A stretch of DNA of 64,000 nucleotides from NCBI GenBank assembly GCA_964016885.1, contig OZ024740.1, forward strand, positions 18,042,001-18,106,000, read 5' to 3'. Each line of letters starts with the position of its first letter. The stretch's first letter is position 1. The notes below the pieces were generated by a model, which was not told the DNA's origin, did not search any database, and was given only the letters and a program-made list of their open reading frames with translations. The position numbers were made by a program, and so were the translations under genes. This DNA comes from Eledone cirrhosa (taxonomy: Eukaryota). Below are positions 53,837-64,000 of this stretch, one piece after another.

Positions 53837-53980
53837 CCTCCAGTATTTGCGGGGGGGGGGAGGGGTTACGTTGCTAGAGCGCCTGCGAAGAGTGAAAAAC
53901 TACAAATATTGATTGGACGCGCCTATAAATGTGGAAATATGATGTAAAATATAATAAAAGAGAGGGAGTGTTAAATATGT

Positions 53981-54086
53981 AGCGGTGTCCAATAGACCGG
54001 CAGCGGTGTCCAATAGACCGGCAGCGGTGTCCAATAGACCGGCAGCGGTGTCCAATAGACCGGCAGCGGTGTCCAATAGACCGGCA
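53981..54086. repeat. 21-bp perfect tandem repeat x5 (AGCGGTGTCCAATAGACCGGC)
   Basis: Direct reading. Confidence 0.97.
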
Positions 54087-54267
54087 AATACTGTAGATTG
54101 TTATTAATTATTTAGTGGTAAAAATATATATTAACACGAAAAAAGACATAAAAAAATTGTGGAGCATATTTATGATTGGGCGGAAAGCACAGCCTTCATT
54201 GTAAAGACTAACTGGTGGCAAACTAACATGGATAGCACTATACAATTTAGCTCCCGTTTCTTCTACA

Positions 54268-54487
54268 ACTACTACAACAGTACGTGATGGGGCCCACCCA
54301 CAGCCCCGGCAGACAGGGAGAAGGCGTTTCCCCGGAGGACGGCGAGGGAGACGCGCTGGAAGAGCCACTCCAACTCGCGGGGCTCTCACCTGCGGCTGGC
54401 CAGCTCAGCGCCTATGGTGGTGAGTAAGGAGGTAGCCCTGGGGCCGAGGACACCAGAAGTCTCCACTGCCAGGGGTACGACCGCAAA
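54268..54487 (-). mobile_element. Second CRE-type 3' fragment (third, degraded piece at ~57670-57766 minus)
   Basis: Reverse complement aligns to 52665-52890. Confidence 0.75.
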
Positions 54488-54558
54488 TATGACGTGGTTT
54501 CCACAAATAATTATTAGGGTCTAAGGAAAATTCTATAAATAACTGGGACCACGAATGT

Positions 54559-54698
<140 letters not shown>

Positions 54699-54995
54699 AG
54701 GGTGAATATAAAATGAAAGTGCTTTTGTTAAAAAAGGAATTTATTAGGTATTGACATATGTTTCTGTAACAGACCGAATACCTATGTATCGCTGCTTGCG
54801 TAATCATATAATGTTAGCAAGTATTCGATAGCAAATGTATAATCAGTTGTCACTTCTTCAGAGATTTTGGATAAACTGGATAAAATCAGAAAAATTGAAG
54901 TATTTATATTAGTAAAAGAGGAAGGAACAGAGGGGATAGAATATGACAGATGGTAAAATAATTTACTGCTAAACAAGTATATATTGATAACCTGA

Positions 54996-55037
<42 letters not shown>

Positions 55038-55052
55038 TCGATTTTATATGTA

Positions 55053-56118
55053 GTCGATGCTCAGGTGCAATCAGAAGCAAGTGCCCACAGGATACTAGCC
55101 CCTTCTATTGCCCAGATGGTTCTATAGTGGACACTTTCCTTTACCTGGGTGACAAAATCAGCAGTGGTGGAGGGTGCTCTGAAAGTACAGTAGCCAGAGT
55201 TAGAACGGGATGGGAAAAGTTCAGAGAGCTTATACCGCCGTTGGCTACAAAAGGTTTCTCTCTAAAAATGAAAGGCAGACTGTATGATGCTTGCATACGA
55301 ACAGCAATGCTACATGGCAGTGAGACCTGGGCATTGTGTGCAAAGGACCTGCGCAGACTGGAAAGGAACGAAGCATGCATGCTCCGTTGGATGTGTAATA
55401 GTAATATACGTGAACGGCAAAGCATAAATGAACTAAGTGATAAATTAGGAATAAGAGGGATCAGATGCTGTTTACTTGAGAGAAGACTACATGGCCACCT
55501 GATGCGCATTAAAGACGACAGCTGTATAAAAAAGTGCAGGGCGATCAAAATTGATGGTAGTTACGGAGTAGGTACACCCAGAAAAACCTGGGACGATCTG
55601 ATAAATTCCGACCTTACACACTTGCACCTCTCTAAGACAATGTCACTGGACCGACATCTTTGGCGCTACACAGTAATACAGAAGACCCGCCTTGCCATGT
55701 ACAAAGCGAAACCTACAGTGAGTAGGCACCTCTTAACCAAATATACACCCCAATCCACTACCCCTACCCTATCCTCTCACTCCCACCAACACCACTCTCT
55801 CTCTGTAAAGTTGGTACCACAACATCCAGTCCAAATAAATGAGATAATGAGATCGAGATCGTGTAGGTGTCACGACAAAAAAACACACAGTCCACACTGT
55901 AATGTGGTTGTGTAGGTAACACGGTAAAAAGTTCCCAGTTCCACACTGTAAATGCGGTAGGTGTTAGGAAGGGCATCCAGCCGTAGAAAACCTGCCAGAT
56001 AGTCCTATATGAGCGAGACACGGTCACCCGACCAACCTTGCCTCAAGTGGGACAACTCCCGTCTAACCCATGCTAGCGTGGAAGATCGACGTTAAACGAT
56101 GATGATGATGATGATGAT

Positions 56119-56121
<3 letters not shown>
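55053..56121 (+). mobile_element. 5'-truncated RTE LINE, same subfamily as 2762-4926
   Basis: YLGDKISSGGGCSES...MLHGSETW...; 3' UTR nearly identical to 4540-4926; (GAT)n tail; (TA)n-rich flanks. Confidence 0.93.
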
Positions 56122-56157
<36 letters not shown>

Positions 56158-56159
56158 TC

Positions 56160-56206
<47 letters not shown>

Positions 56207-57801
56207 GGTGTGTATGTAAGTTAAAGGTTACATCTGCAAGTAGTTGAGTATTCCATGACAAAGCTGGCCTGTTCAATTCCAGATACAGTCCATCCAAATG
56301 CTTCCAAACAGTTTTCATCTATCTAACATTACTCACACACACATACACACACATACAGTCACTCACTCTCACACACATACACACTGACACATGGTGGCTG
56401 CCAACTCGTTTTCGAGTACGGCCACTACTTTATATCCATGTAGGAGAACCCCTACCGATGCGCTGAACGAGTGTGACTTTTTAGTCCAGCCAGCGACTTG
56501 AAAACTCTGGTACAAACACTACACCTGTGACAATTATTGACACATAGTGCTGGGCCCATGGTACCATGTGAGGACAAGTGTAGAGAGATCTCCAGATATA
56601 AAGCAATGCCTGCGCCGTGAAGCTTTTATAGTGAGCAAAGGCACTGCACAAAGCCAGTCCCACTCTCTTAACCAAGATGATATTTACCAAAAAGAACAAG
56701 TCAACATCATTGGATACCATCAGGGTTGCAGGTGTTATATCAGAGTTTTCCTTCTTCTAGAATTCTGCCTTGACAAAGGCTAAGGGGTCATCTCTCACTG
56801 ACACATACATACATACATACATACACACTCACACACACACATACATATTTTATACTATTTGATGTGATAACACGTGCAATGTGTCAAGTTGAGAATAGAA
56901 GAAAAAGTTAAACAAATATATAATATGTCCACGTAGTGAAACCTCTCTCTCTCTTCTCTCTCTCTCTCTCCCTCTCTCTCTCACACACACACAGTCTCTC
57001 TCTCTCATTCTCTCTCACACACACACACTCTCTCTCTCTCTCTCATTCTCACACACTCTCACTCTCTCTCTTTCACTCTCTCTCTTACACACACTCTCAC
57101 ACACACACTCTCTCTCTCCCTATCGCGCTCTTCCCTCTCTCACACACACTCTTTCTCTCACTCTCCCGCTCCTTTCCCCCCCTCTCTCTCACATTGTATT
57201 TTTCATAAATTTATTGCGTTTTACCAAGTCTATTATATATACAATCATACATTTTATATATATATATATATATACATATATGTATAAAATATATATATGT
57301 ATATATATATATATAATACACATATATATATATGTATATATATATATTTCGTTTCTGAATTTGTTTATATATATATTATCTGTTTAATCCATTGATTACT
57401 GCTGGATTAGTAGTGATTCCCACGTGCTACTATGGTATGTAGGGATTAGTAAATCATCAACCATTGACCAGATAATCCTTGGACAGATGTGAAAACTGCA
57501 GCAGTAAGTGACAGTAATATTAAATATACAGATACACAACTATAGCAACAGATGCTCCACAGGCTCATCTGGAGATATCTGGTAGGACACTTGAATTTTT
57601 CCTCACTCACCAGACTAGTTAATTCATGTTAGGAGGTTACCATGTTGTAATTAGATTTCTTCTTCTCCCACTCCGGCTCCCTACTGCTGGTAGCCATCAC
57701 TGCCCCAATAGTAGTGAGAAGTGATATTGTCCAGGGGGCCCAAAACACCAGAAGTCTCTACTGCCATATGCCAAGAAAGTGTTTATATTTGGAGTTTAAT
57801 A

Positions 57802-58165
57802 CTTCTCTTTCTTCTTTGCCCACTTATTCCTGAGAGGGTCATAGGGGCAGAGTCCTCAAACATTCCTTCCAGTGGATCCTGTCAGAAGCAACTGTCTCCA
57901 GCTGATCCGGCTGGATCCCCAAGCAAGACCAGCCAAGCTCATGGATGTTATCCAACCATCCTGCCCGGGGTCTACCCCAGGGTCTCCTACTAGTTGGTTT
58001 TGCCAGTAAAATCTGTCCAGCGATTCTTTCCTGAGACATTCTAACCACATGTCCATAGTACCGGAGCAGTGATCTATCAATTCAGAGAAGTAGTGGCTCT
58101 ACCTGGAGTGACTCTCTGATCTCCAGACTACAGATCTGTCTAGTGATTCTTTCCTGAGACATTCT
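57802..58165 (-). mobile_element. Expander/Rex3-like RTE 3' fragment with (GAA)n-like tail; further piece at ~59460-59660
   Basis: VRMSQERIAGQILLAKPTSRRPWGRPRAGWLDNIHELGWSCLGIQPDQLETVASDRIHW. Confidence 0.7.
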
Positions 58166-58379
58166 ACACACATACCTATTACATTCTTGTTTGTAATTAG
58201 ATTTAATTTTAGATATTTGTTCCTTCATATAACCGTAGTTGAGGGACAGGGGGAAGGTTTCAGATTATTTTGCAGATTGTCAAAATGGATATTCTAGCAT
58301 GGATCTGGAATCATGAATAACAGAAAATTGGTGGTGTACTAAGGAACAGAAGTCATTTCCATTGCAGAGAGAATAAACA

Positions 58380-59012
58380 GCAGATTAAAGCTCCGACGTC
58401 TGGCAACTGACGTGGTAAACACCCCTAAAATTATTAACCATCTTGCCAACAACAACCCTGAGTACCTTTTTGAATTCCATGTGTCTAACACACGTGGGCA
58501 TGCCTACAAAGTCAGAAAACAGCACAGCTCCCATGACTTTTTTTCACGCTCAGAGTTGCTGAAGCATGGAACAAACTACCTGCATCAGTTGTTAGCTGTC
58601 GAGACACTGCATTCTTTAAAACCTCCATGCTTCCTGAAATTTGCCAACACTAAACCTGATATCCCCCCTCCATACACACGCACACATGTATATCATGATT
58701 CATACACTGTTCACTTTCCTGACATTTGTACATTATTCTATGTCGGTGGATTGGCAGTATTGGTATAAGGTCGGACGCTATGCTTTGCAGCATAGAATTA
58801 TGGCCCTTTATGGTCTGAGTTCAAATCCCGCCGAGGTTAACTTTGCCTTTCATCCTTACGGGGTCGATACAATAAAGTACCAGTAATACACTGGGATAAT
58901 TGCTAGCTTTGTGCCAAAAGTACAAATAATTATTCTATGTACTCTATATGCATCTTTAATGAGTTATAATGGACCTGAGCACTGTACACAATAATTTTCA
59001 TTTTCATTATTA
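58380..59012 (+). mobile_element. CR1-type LINE 3' remnant interrupted by a SINE
   Basis: LKLRRLATD...KII...NTRGHAYKVRK...FFS, then WNKLP in another frame; tail CCTGAGCACTGTACACAATAATTTTCATT resumes after the SINE. Confidence 0.75.
58765..58930 (+). mobile_element. tRNA-derived SINE
   Basis: B box GAGTTCAAATC and shared central motif. Confidence 0.8.
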
Positions 59013-59184
59013 AATATTTCTTGTGAGAAGGATGGATATATTTGTGAGTGGCATCACGCCAACTAACCGAGTGGTTAACAGGGGTTGGGTTAACTATTAA
59101 ACAACATAAGTACATACTTTGGTCACCGAAGGAAGAAGACCATCATCTTGTTCAAATTAAATGTTATCATTCAAAACAAAGCAG

Positions 59185-59385
59185 TATCGGTAGAGGGCCG
59201 GACGCCATGCTTTGCAGCATAGAGTTACGGCTCTTTATCATCTGAGTTCAAATCTCACCGAGGTTAACTTTGCCTTTCATCCTCACGAGGTCGATAAAAT
59301 AAAGTACCAGTCACGCACTGAGGTCGATTTAATCGACTTCCCCCTCGCCCCAAATAGCTAGCCTTGTGCCTATATAAGAAACCAT
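59185..59385 (+). mobile_element. tRNA-derived SINE
   Basis: B box GAGTTCAAATC and shared central motif. Confidence 0.8.
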
Positions 59386-60189
59386 TTATATATCTTCTCT
59401 ATTTTGCATGATTTTTAAATATACTTTCTCTATATATATTCCGAAAAAAAAAAGAAAATTGGAGACAGTTGCTTCTGACAGATCTTGTTGGAAGGTGTGC
59501 TTCAGGACTCTTCTTCTTCTATCTATTCCTGGGAGGGTTGTGTGGCCATGAAGCAGCCTTTCCAGTGTATCCTATCAGACACAACTGTCTCCAATTAGTC
59601 CAGCTGCATCCCTAAGTGAGACCAGTCAGACTAATGAAGAGGGTCTACACTTGCGTCTCCTGACAGTTGATTTTTGCCTTCTGGTACTACAAATACACTA
59701 TTTCTGGTACAACAGATACAATATCTGGTACAACAGATACAATATCTAGTACAACAGATACAATATCTGGTACAACAGATACACTGCATATCTCTTTGTG
59801 ATCTGTGTTTCCCTCATTTAAAAAAGTTCTACCATTCCATAGGCGGTAAAAGTTCATTTTCTTGCATGCAGGTTAAATATTTAGCTGTGTGTCTGTCTCT
59901 CTCATTTTTGCTCTATCAGTCTCTATCTCTATATATCTATCTGTCTCTCTCACTATCTCTCTCTGTCTATTAAGCTGTCTGTCTATCTCTCTCACTTTCG
60001 CTCTATCTATCTAACTGTCTACCTGTCAATTAATTGATCTGTTTGTCTGTCACTCTCACAATTTTACTCTACCTCTCTCTCCTTATCTATTTGTCTGTCT
60101 GTGTATCTGTCTCTCTCTCACTTTTGATCTCGCTCTATCTCTCTTTATCTAACTGTCTATCTATCTACCTATGAAGTTGTTCTATCTAC

Positions 60190-60349
60190 GGGGTATAAAA
60201 CAACCCACTTGTAACGCCTCCCCCCTATTGGGGATTTCGATTGTTAAATTTGTTTGTTTCAATATTTTTACACGATTGTATGTAAAATCCCTGGCATATG
60301 TCTTTGTATTGTCCCCTTTTCTTGTGCGCCCTTGTGGCAAATAAAGAAA
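60190..60349 (+). mobile_element. Tx1-like LINE 3' UTR fragment
   Basis: Nearly identical to the reverse complement of 4965-5135; preceded by CTATCTA and followed by (CTAT)5. Confidence 0.8.
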
Positions 60350-60574
60350 TCTATCTATCTATCTATCTATCTTGATAGAGTAAGACACGCTTCGCATCGG
60401 CTCCGCTATTCCATCGGGATTTACCCTTACTATTGTAAGTACCGGATAAATTTTTTAGTGCAACACATTTGGAACACTAACCCCTGTTATTTAGGGAAAC
60501 ATTTTTGCATTTACCCCCTTTTTAGGGGGTAAAATAAATATCTATTTTTGCCGAAAAATTTCTTTCTTGGCAGC

Positions 60575-62410
60575 ATGGCGGAAAAGATGGCAGACATGTC
60601 TGCCATTAGCTCTGCCACGCCCCCCAAGTCTGAAGAACAAAAAATAATTACAACAAAATTAGACATTGAAACAAACAAACAAAATGAAAAAACAAATGTT
60701 AAGGAAAATGAGCAAACAGAAAACAAACAAACAGAAAATAATACAAATAACGACAGGGCAACTTTCGCCCAGAAAACAAAGCAATCCATTACATACACAC
60801 CAATTGACCTAACTGCCGCCAGAGAAAAACTGGCCGAAGCAAAGAAACATATTGTTTTGGGGGAGAACGGAATGTTTTCCATTAACTCCCCCCCAGAATT
60901 CAAGAAAGCCAGAGCAGAAAACACAGTTATATACAGAACTATACTAAACCAGTCAAGAAAGCCAGCACAGCCCAGCCAAATGGAAATAGAGTTAGTCCTA
61001 AAAGACTATATGAAGAATATTCTTTTCATACGAAAGGACCGACTCTATGGCAGCATTTCGGTCCTAACAAGAGACAAAGAAACGGCGGTTCAGCTTTCCC
61101 TAAGCCCACTCTCGTCGACAACATATAGCTTCTATCCCTCCTACATGGGTAGAAGAACACAGAGAATAAAAGTAAAAACAATGCTGCCCACAATGGACTT
61201 CTGGTGGGCTATTGCTGGCTTCATTGATATGGGCGAAGACACTATGCTGTCAATGGGGAAGGCAACTGGAGATGCGTTCCTGGGAATGGGCCTCGACATA
61301 CTAGTCCAAATGAGGCCCGAAAGAATAGCACAAATCCCGGATCGCATCTGGCTGGATGACCTTACCCCAATAGACATAATTGTAGAGGGGAGAAGACCAG
61401 CATGCTATTTATGCATGGAAAGGGGACACGTTAAGGCTAACTGCCCGAAACGTATCCCCCAAAAAGGACTATTGCCCACACCCACCACAAACAGTACACC
61501 AGCACCACCCACCTCCAAAAATACACTAATACCACACACAGCAAACAAAATACAGACACCACCAACCACAAACACAACACAAACATCACCACCACCAGCA
61601 CCAAACACAAGCACGACACAAAAATCACCACCACCAACCACAACACAAACATCACCACCACCATTACCAACCACAAGCACGACACAAACATTACCACCAC
61701 CACCACCACAAAACCCATTCCAAACAAATAATAAAAAAAACAGTAACAAATCTACCCCTCCCGCAAAAAAAAAACAACCACACAACACGTCCCTCCCACC
61801 TAGCGCTGAAGAGTTTCCCCCAACTTCTGAAGAAGAAGGAGGAGAAGCCTTCAGACAAGTTAAAAGAAAAAAAAGAAAACACACACCCAGCACACCACAA
61901 ATAACCCACACACAAACACCAACTCCAATCAAAAACACCCCACCCTCAACAAACAAAAATAAATCTGCGCCTCCCCTCTCCGAAACATTGACAGCATCAC
62001 AAAAAAAGACGTTGCAATACACATATATAAATAAAGAAAACAAAAAACTGGTTAAATTAATAAACAATAACCCTATGGTGCAGACCGAAGGGCCAAACTT
62101 TATCTCAACAGAGAACTTCACCCATTTAAAAATGATAAAGGTCCCTCTGGACCTTTATCGTTCCTTAAAAGAACAATTTAGACGGGACGTGAGCCCCCCC
62201 TGTTTAAAACCGTTGAATCGCGTCCTCTTGAAAGATTTCCCCATAACCGCCCCTCTCCCTGACACAACTCCAAATACCCCAACCCCACCACACACGTGTA
62301 CCCCCACACCACCACAAAACATCCCTCCACCCAACACACCTGATGCCATGGAAATTACGCAACCCGGAGAGGTAAGTGCTTTTCTTTCTTCACTTTCAAC
62401 ACCAAAATAG
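60575..62410 (+). CDS. ORF1 gag-like nucleic-acid-binding protein with CCHC knuckle and Pro/Thr-rich linker
   Basis: Open from ATG 60575; CYLCMERGHVKANC; basic KRKKRK motif conserved with copy A. Confidence 0.9.
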   Translation: MAEKMADMSAISSATPPKSEEQKIITTKLDIETNKQNEKTNVKENEQTENKQTENNTNNDRATFAQKTKQSITYTPIDLTAAREKLAEAKKHIVLGENGMFSINSPPEFKKARAENTVIYRTILNQSRKPAQPSQMEIELVLKDYMKNILFIRKDRLYGSISVLTRDKETAVQLSLSPLSSTTYSFYPSYMGRRTQRIKVKTMLPTMDFWWAIAGFIDMGEDTMLSMGKATGDAFLGMGLDILVQMRPERIAQIPDRIWLDDLTPIDIIVEGRRPACYLCMERGHVKANCPKRIPQKGLLPTPTTNSTPAPPTSKNTLIPHTANKIQTPPTTNTTQTSPPPAPNTSTTQKSPPPTTTQTSPPPLPTTSTTQTLPPPPPQNPFQTNNKKNSNKSTPPAKKKQPHNTSLPPSAEEFPPTSEEEGGEAFRQVKRKKRKHTPSTPQITHTQTPTPIKNTPPSTNKNKSAPPLSETLTASQKKTLQYTYINKENKKLVKLINNNPMVQTEGPNFISTENFTHLKMIKVPLDLYRSLKEQFRRDVSPPCLKPLNRVLLKDFPITAPLPDTTPNTPTPPHTCTPTPPQNIPPPNTPDAMEITQPGEVSAFLSSLSTPK

Positions 62411-64000
62411 ATCAATTGAGAGTTGGCTGTTTGAACGCGCGTGGCCTGAGCTCAGCTTGGAAGCAAGCAAAGCTTCTAAGTGACCTCAGGTCACAAAGTA
62501 TAGATGTGATGGTTGTTTGCGAGAGTCGGATCAGCAGCGTGAGACAGCTGGCGCCCGCCTTCGATGACTTTGAGATGCACGCATCTCTCTGTCAACCCGG
62601 AGGCGGGGGGGGAGTTGCCGTACTGCTGGATAAACGTCTGACTCTCGACGTACAGATTGTTCACTCGGACCCGGGGGGGTCGATTACTGGTGCTGGACGT
62701 CGGAGGTGGTGAAGGCGGGGCTTTCAGACTGGTCGGTCTTTATGCTCCCTTCGGGGCGGAGAGAGCCGACTTCTTCCAACGTCTGGAGACTTTTCTAGGA
62801 ACGTCGCGTTCCCTGCTTTTAGTGGGGGACTGGAATGGAATCCTAGATGCGCGTTGGGACTATGCAGGGGCATGTCCCGATAGAGGGGGGTGTAGCAGCC
62901 TCAAGGGGTTACTCGATCGATTCGACCTGGTCGATAGATTTCGACTAGATTGTCCAACTGCGCCAACCTGGACCTGGGCAAACCGCAGTGGACAATCTAG
63001 ATCGTACCTAGATAGGTTTTTGGTTAGGAGTAAGGATAGGGACGTATTTAGTTGTCCAGAACTGATCATGGTTGGCTATTCAGATCACAAATTAGTGACC
63101 TGCGTGGTCAACCTTGATAGAACGCATAGACAGGGTCCCGGTTACTGGAAGATGAACTTGTCCTTACCGACAAAGAAAGATTACAGAAACCGGATTAGTA
63201 GCTTAGTTAAGATGCGGTTGACGGGAGCGATCGTCAACAGTAGGTGGTGGATATCTCTAAAGAGAGAGATTAGAGTAAGTTCGATAGGTTACAGTAAGGA
63301 ACTAGCGGCGAATAGAAATAGGAGGGAAAGGGAGTTAACAGATAAACTAGAAGAGGCGATTAGGAGCGGAGACGTAGCCAGAGTGTTAGCGACGAGAACG
63401 GCATTGAGCCAGTTCTTTGACGCGAAGCACGAAGGCTGCGTTGTCCGAAGTAAAATACGTGCTTTAGGAAACGAGGGGACCAAAGCTGTTAGCTGGGCCC
63501 GCGTGACAGAAGCCAAGAGTGGGATTAAATCCACCATTCGGTCTTTGCGAGACCAGGATGGACGGGTGATCCTTGAACCTGAGCGAATGTGCGAGACCTT
63601 TCAAAGGCACTTTGCTCGACTGTTCGGAGGTGGCGGGGGGCCGGACGGGGATGTGGACTTCGGTCCATACCTCGACGGTCTACCGCGTCTTTCGAGCGGC
63701 GAAGCGGAGTGCTGCGAAGGGCCAATCACAGCCACTGAAATCGGGGAAGCGCTCAGCCAATGCAGCAGACGCAAATCCCCGGGTCTCGATGGTCTACCAT
63801 ACGAACTTTATTTAGCTATGCCGGTCTTGTTCTCCGAACTCCTCGAGGCTGTCTATTGCAACTGGCAACAGAACGGGAGAATTCCCTGTTCTGTGACCAA
63901 GGGCGTGGTCACGCTAGTGAGGAAGGACGAGAGCAAGGGGGACGACTTAAGTAACTTTAGGCCCATAACTCTGCTGAATGCAGAGTTACAGATTTTGGCC
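62407..64000 (+). pseudogene. ORF2 (APE endonuclease plus RT N-terminus); start ATA and +1 frameshift as assembled
   Basis: LRVGCLNARGL, GDWN, YLDRF, SDHK, GPGYWKMN, KSPGLDGLPYELY, NFRPITLLN; an extra G in the run at 62673-62679 relative to copy A. Confidence 0.88.

Larger units (their letters stand above)
60373..64000 (+). mobile_element. L1/Tx1-type non-LTR retrotransposon, copy B (runs off the window)
   Basis: 5' UTR begins directly after (CTAT)n; intact ORF1; ORF2 with endonuclease and start of RT. Confidence 0.95.

Noticed and set aside
54740-54815. Possible minus-strand hammerhead (GAAA-CATATG-TC) in a (TA)n-bounded insert
   Set aside because: The CTGANGA box is not recognisable (ATGATTA at best) and stem I is unconvincing.
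56390-56790. Probable interspersed repeat of moderate GC content
   Set aside because: No second copy or diagnostic motif in the window; cannot classify.

Overview
Eukaryotic (animal) DNA made almost entirely of repeats. The SINE types and extreme microsatellite load resemble cephalopod/mollusc genomes (inference only). I see no supported host gene, rRNA, tRNA gene or CRISPR array. Main content: (1) two long L1/Tx1-type LINEs at the window ends plus three 3' fragments, all abutting (CTAT)n/(CTAC)n tracts and stacked head-to-tail; (2) one intact 1062-aa RTE-clade LINE (APE-RT-PHD) inserted into a 72-bp minisatellite, plus truncated relatives; (3) between about 7 and 25.4 kb, a dense zone of Penelope-like (GIY-YIG) remnants and short fold-back or partial-tandem elements in (TA)n, carrying about a dozen type I hammerhead ribozyme motifs; (4) an 18.5-kb array of a 19-bp satellite with nested higher-order duplications up to 4958 bp; (5) 10-, 21-, 43- and 72-bp minisatellites, tRNA-derived SINEs, CR1, Expander-type RTE and CRE-type fragments, and piggyBac-type MITE ends. 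Most promising leads: the hammerhead-bearing mini-elements, several of whose inversion breakpoints fall inside the ribozyme; and a perfect splice donor conserved at the ORF1/ORF2 junction of two diverged microsatellite-associated Tx1-like LINEs, which could make ORF2 an intron. All structures were read by eye; element boundaries are approximate.
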